From a virus, in the IMG/VR virus record IMGVR_UViG_3300010430_000007, positions 1 to 64,000 of that record: a stretch of DNA of 64,000 nt. One strand, 5' to 3'. Positions within the stretch are counted from its first letter, which is position 1; every line of letters starts with the position of its first letter. Shown piece after piece: positions 63,721-64,000 of the stretch. Both the position numbers and the translations under genes were made by a program. The notes under the pieces are model-generated. The model was not told where the DNA came from, did no database searches, and saw nothing but the letters and a program-made list of their open reading frames with translations.

Positions 63721-64000
63721 TTTATTCTCTCCTTTTAATAAACCGATGAAATTCTAATTTCAAGAGGTTTTATCTCTTCTTTAACTATCTTTATTATACC
63801 ACTTTTAACACTCTGTGTCTATAGTTTTTAACAAGTTTTTTAAATTAATTTTTCTTTCTCTGTATTCATTATATGCACAGGCTAGCAATACAACCGTCGC
63901 AGTTCCCCAAGTCCAACTCATTCTATATAAGAATAATGCTACGTCTTTATAGTCCATTTTTAAACCTCCTATGCATCTGGATACATTTCATAAAAACAAT

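Larger units (their letters stand above)
3584..63763. repeat. Dispersed family of about 51 palindromic intergenic sites, core [A/T]T[G/A]AAA-N6-TTT[C/T]A[T/A]
   Basis: Starts of the 18-bp cores: 3584, 3740, 18113, 18429, 18739, 19903, 20882*, 21189, 24875, 25668*, 26290, 26528, 27217, 27486, 27719, 29250, 30893, 31123*, 31817, 32121, 32719, 33191, 34273, 36149, 36544, 36945, 37287, 38016*, 38250, 39005, 39635, 40857, 41117, 41564, 41983, 42363, 42577, 44275, 44913, 45158, 46101, 48071, 48839, 49056, 49736, 51508, 51964, 54459, 56019, 58123, 63746 (* = more degenerate). All are at gene junctions. Confidence 0.93.

Noticed and set aside
3584-63763. The palindromic repeats as a CRISPR array or as integron attC sites
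   Set aside because: Intervals are gene-sized and irregular (150 bp to 14 kb), no cas genes are present, and there are no GTTRRRY boxes or long attC hairpins.
1-64000. tRNA, rRNA, IS transposase and virion structural genes
   Set aside because: None recognised in this window by eye; a tRNAscan or HMM run would be needed to exclude them fully.

Overview
This window is a 64-kb segment of a large, AT-rich phage or prophage of a low-GC Firmicute. All credible genes lie on the minus strand. The left part (1-16 kb) holds anaerobic ribonucleotide reductase nrdD/nrdG and an SPbeta-like replication block (RecJ, ERCC4 nuclease, DnaE, primase, DnaB helicase, SSB, ERF). The rest (17-64 kb) is an early/accessory region with more than 100 short ORFs, over 20 sigma-A promoters, nucleotide-salvage genes, a tyrosine recombinase, RtcB, an HslV-like peptidase, a radical SAM enzyme, TelA and a large methyltransferase-containing protein. 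The main unexplained signal is about 51 copies of a palindromic site, core [A/T]T[G/A]AAA-N6-TTT[C/T]A[T/A]. The arms often extend to about 11 bp and the 6-bp spacer differs at every copy. The sites sit at gene boundaries in the accessory region and are absent from the replication core. They could be recombination sites of a gene-cassette system or operators of a repressor, and the encoded tyrosine recombinase is the candidate protein in either case. Other notable items are an in-frame GTC-TGA-GTC stop-hop signature in the recJ catalytic motif next to an HNH gene, two candidate structured RNAs, a chemoreceptor-tip mimic, and non-AUG starts on HNH genes. All coordinates and counts were read by eye and no searches were run.
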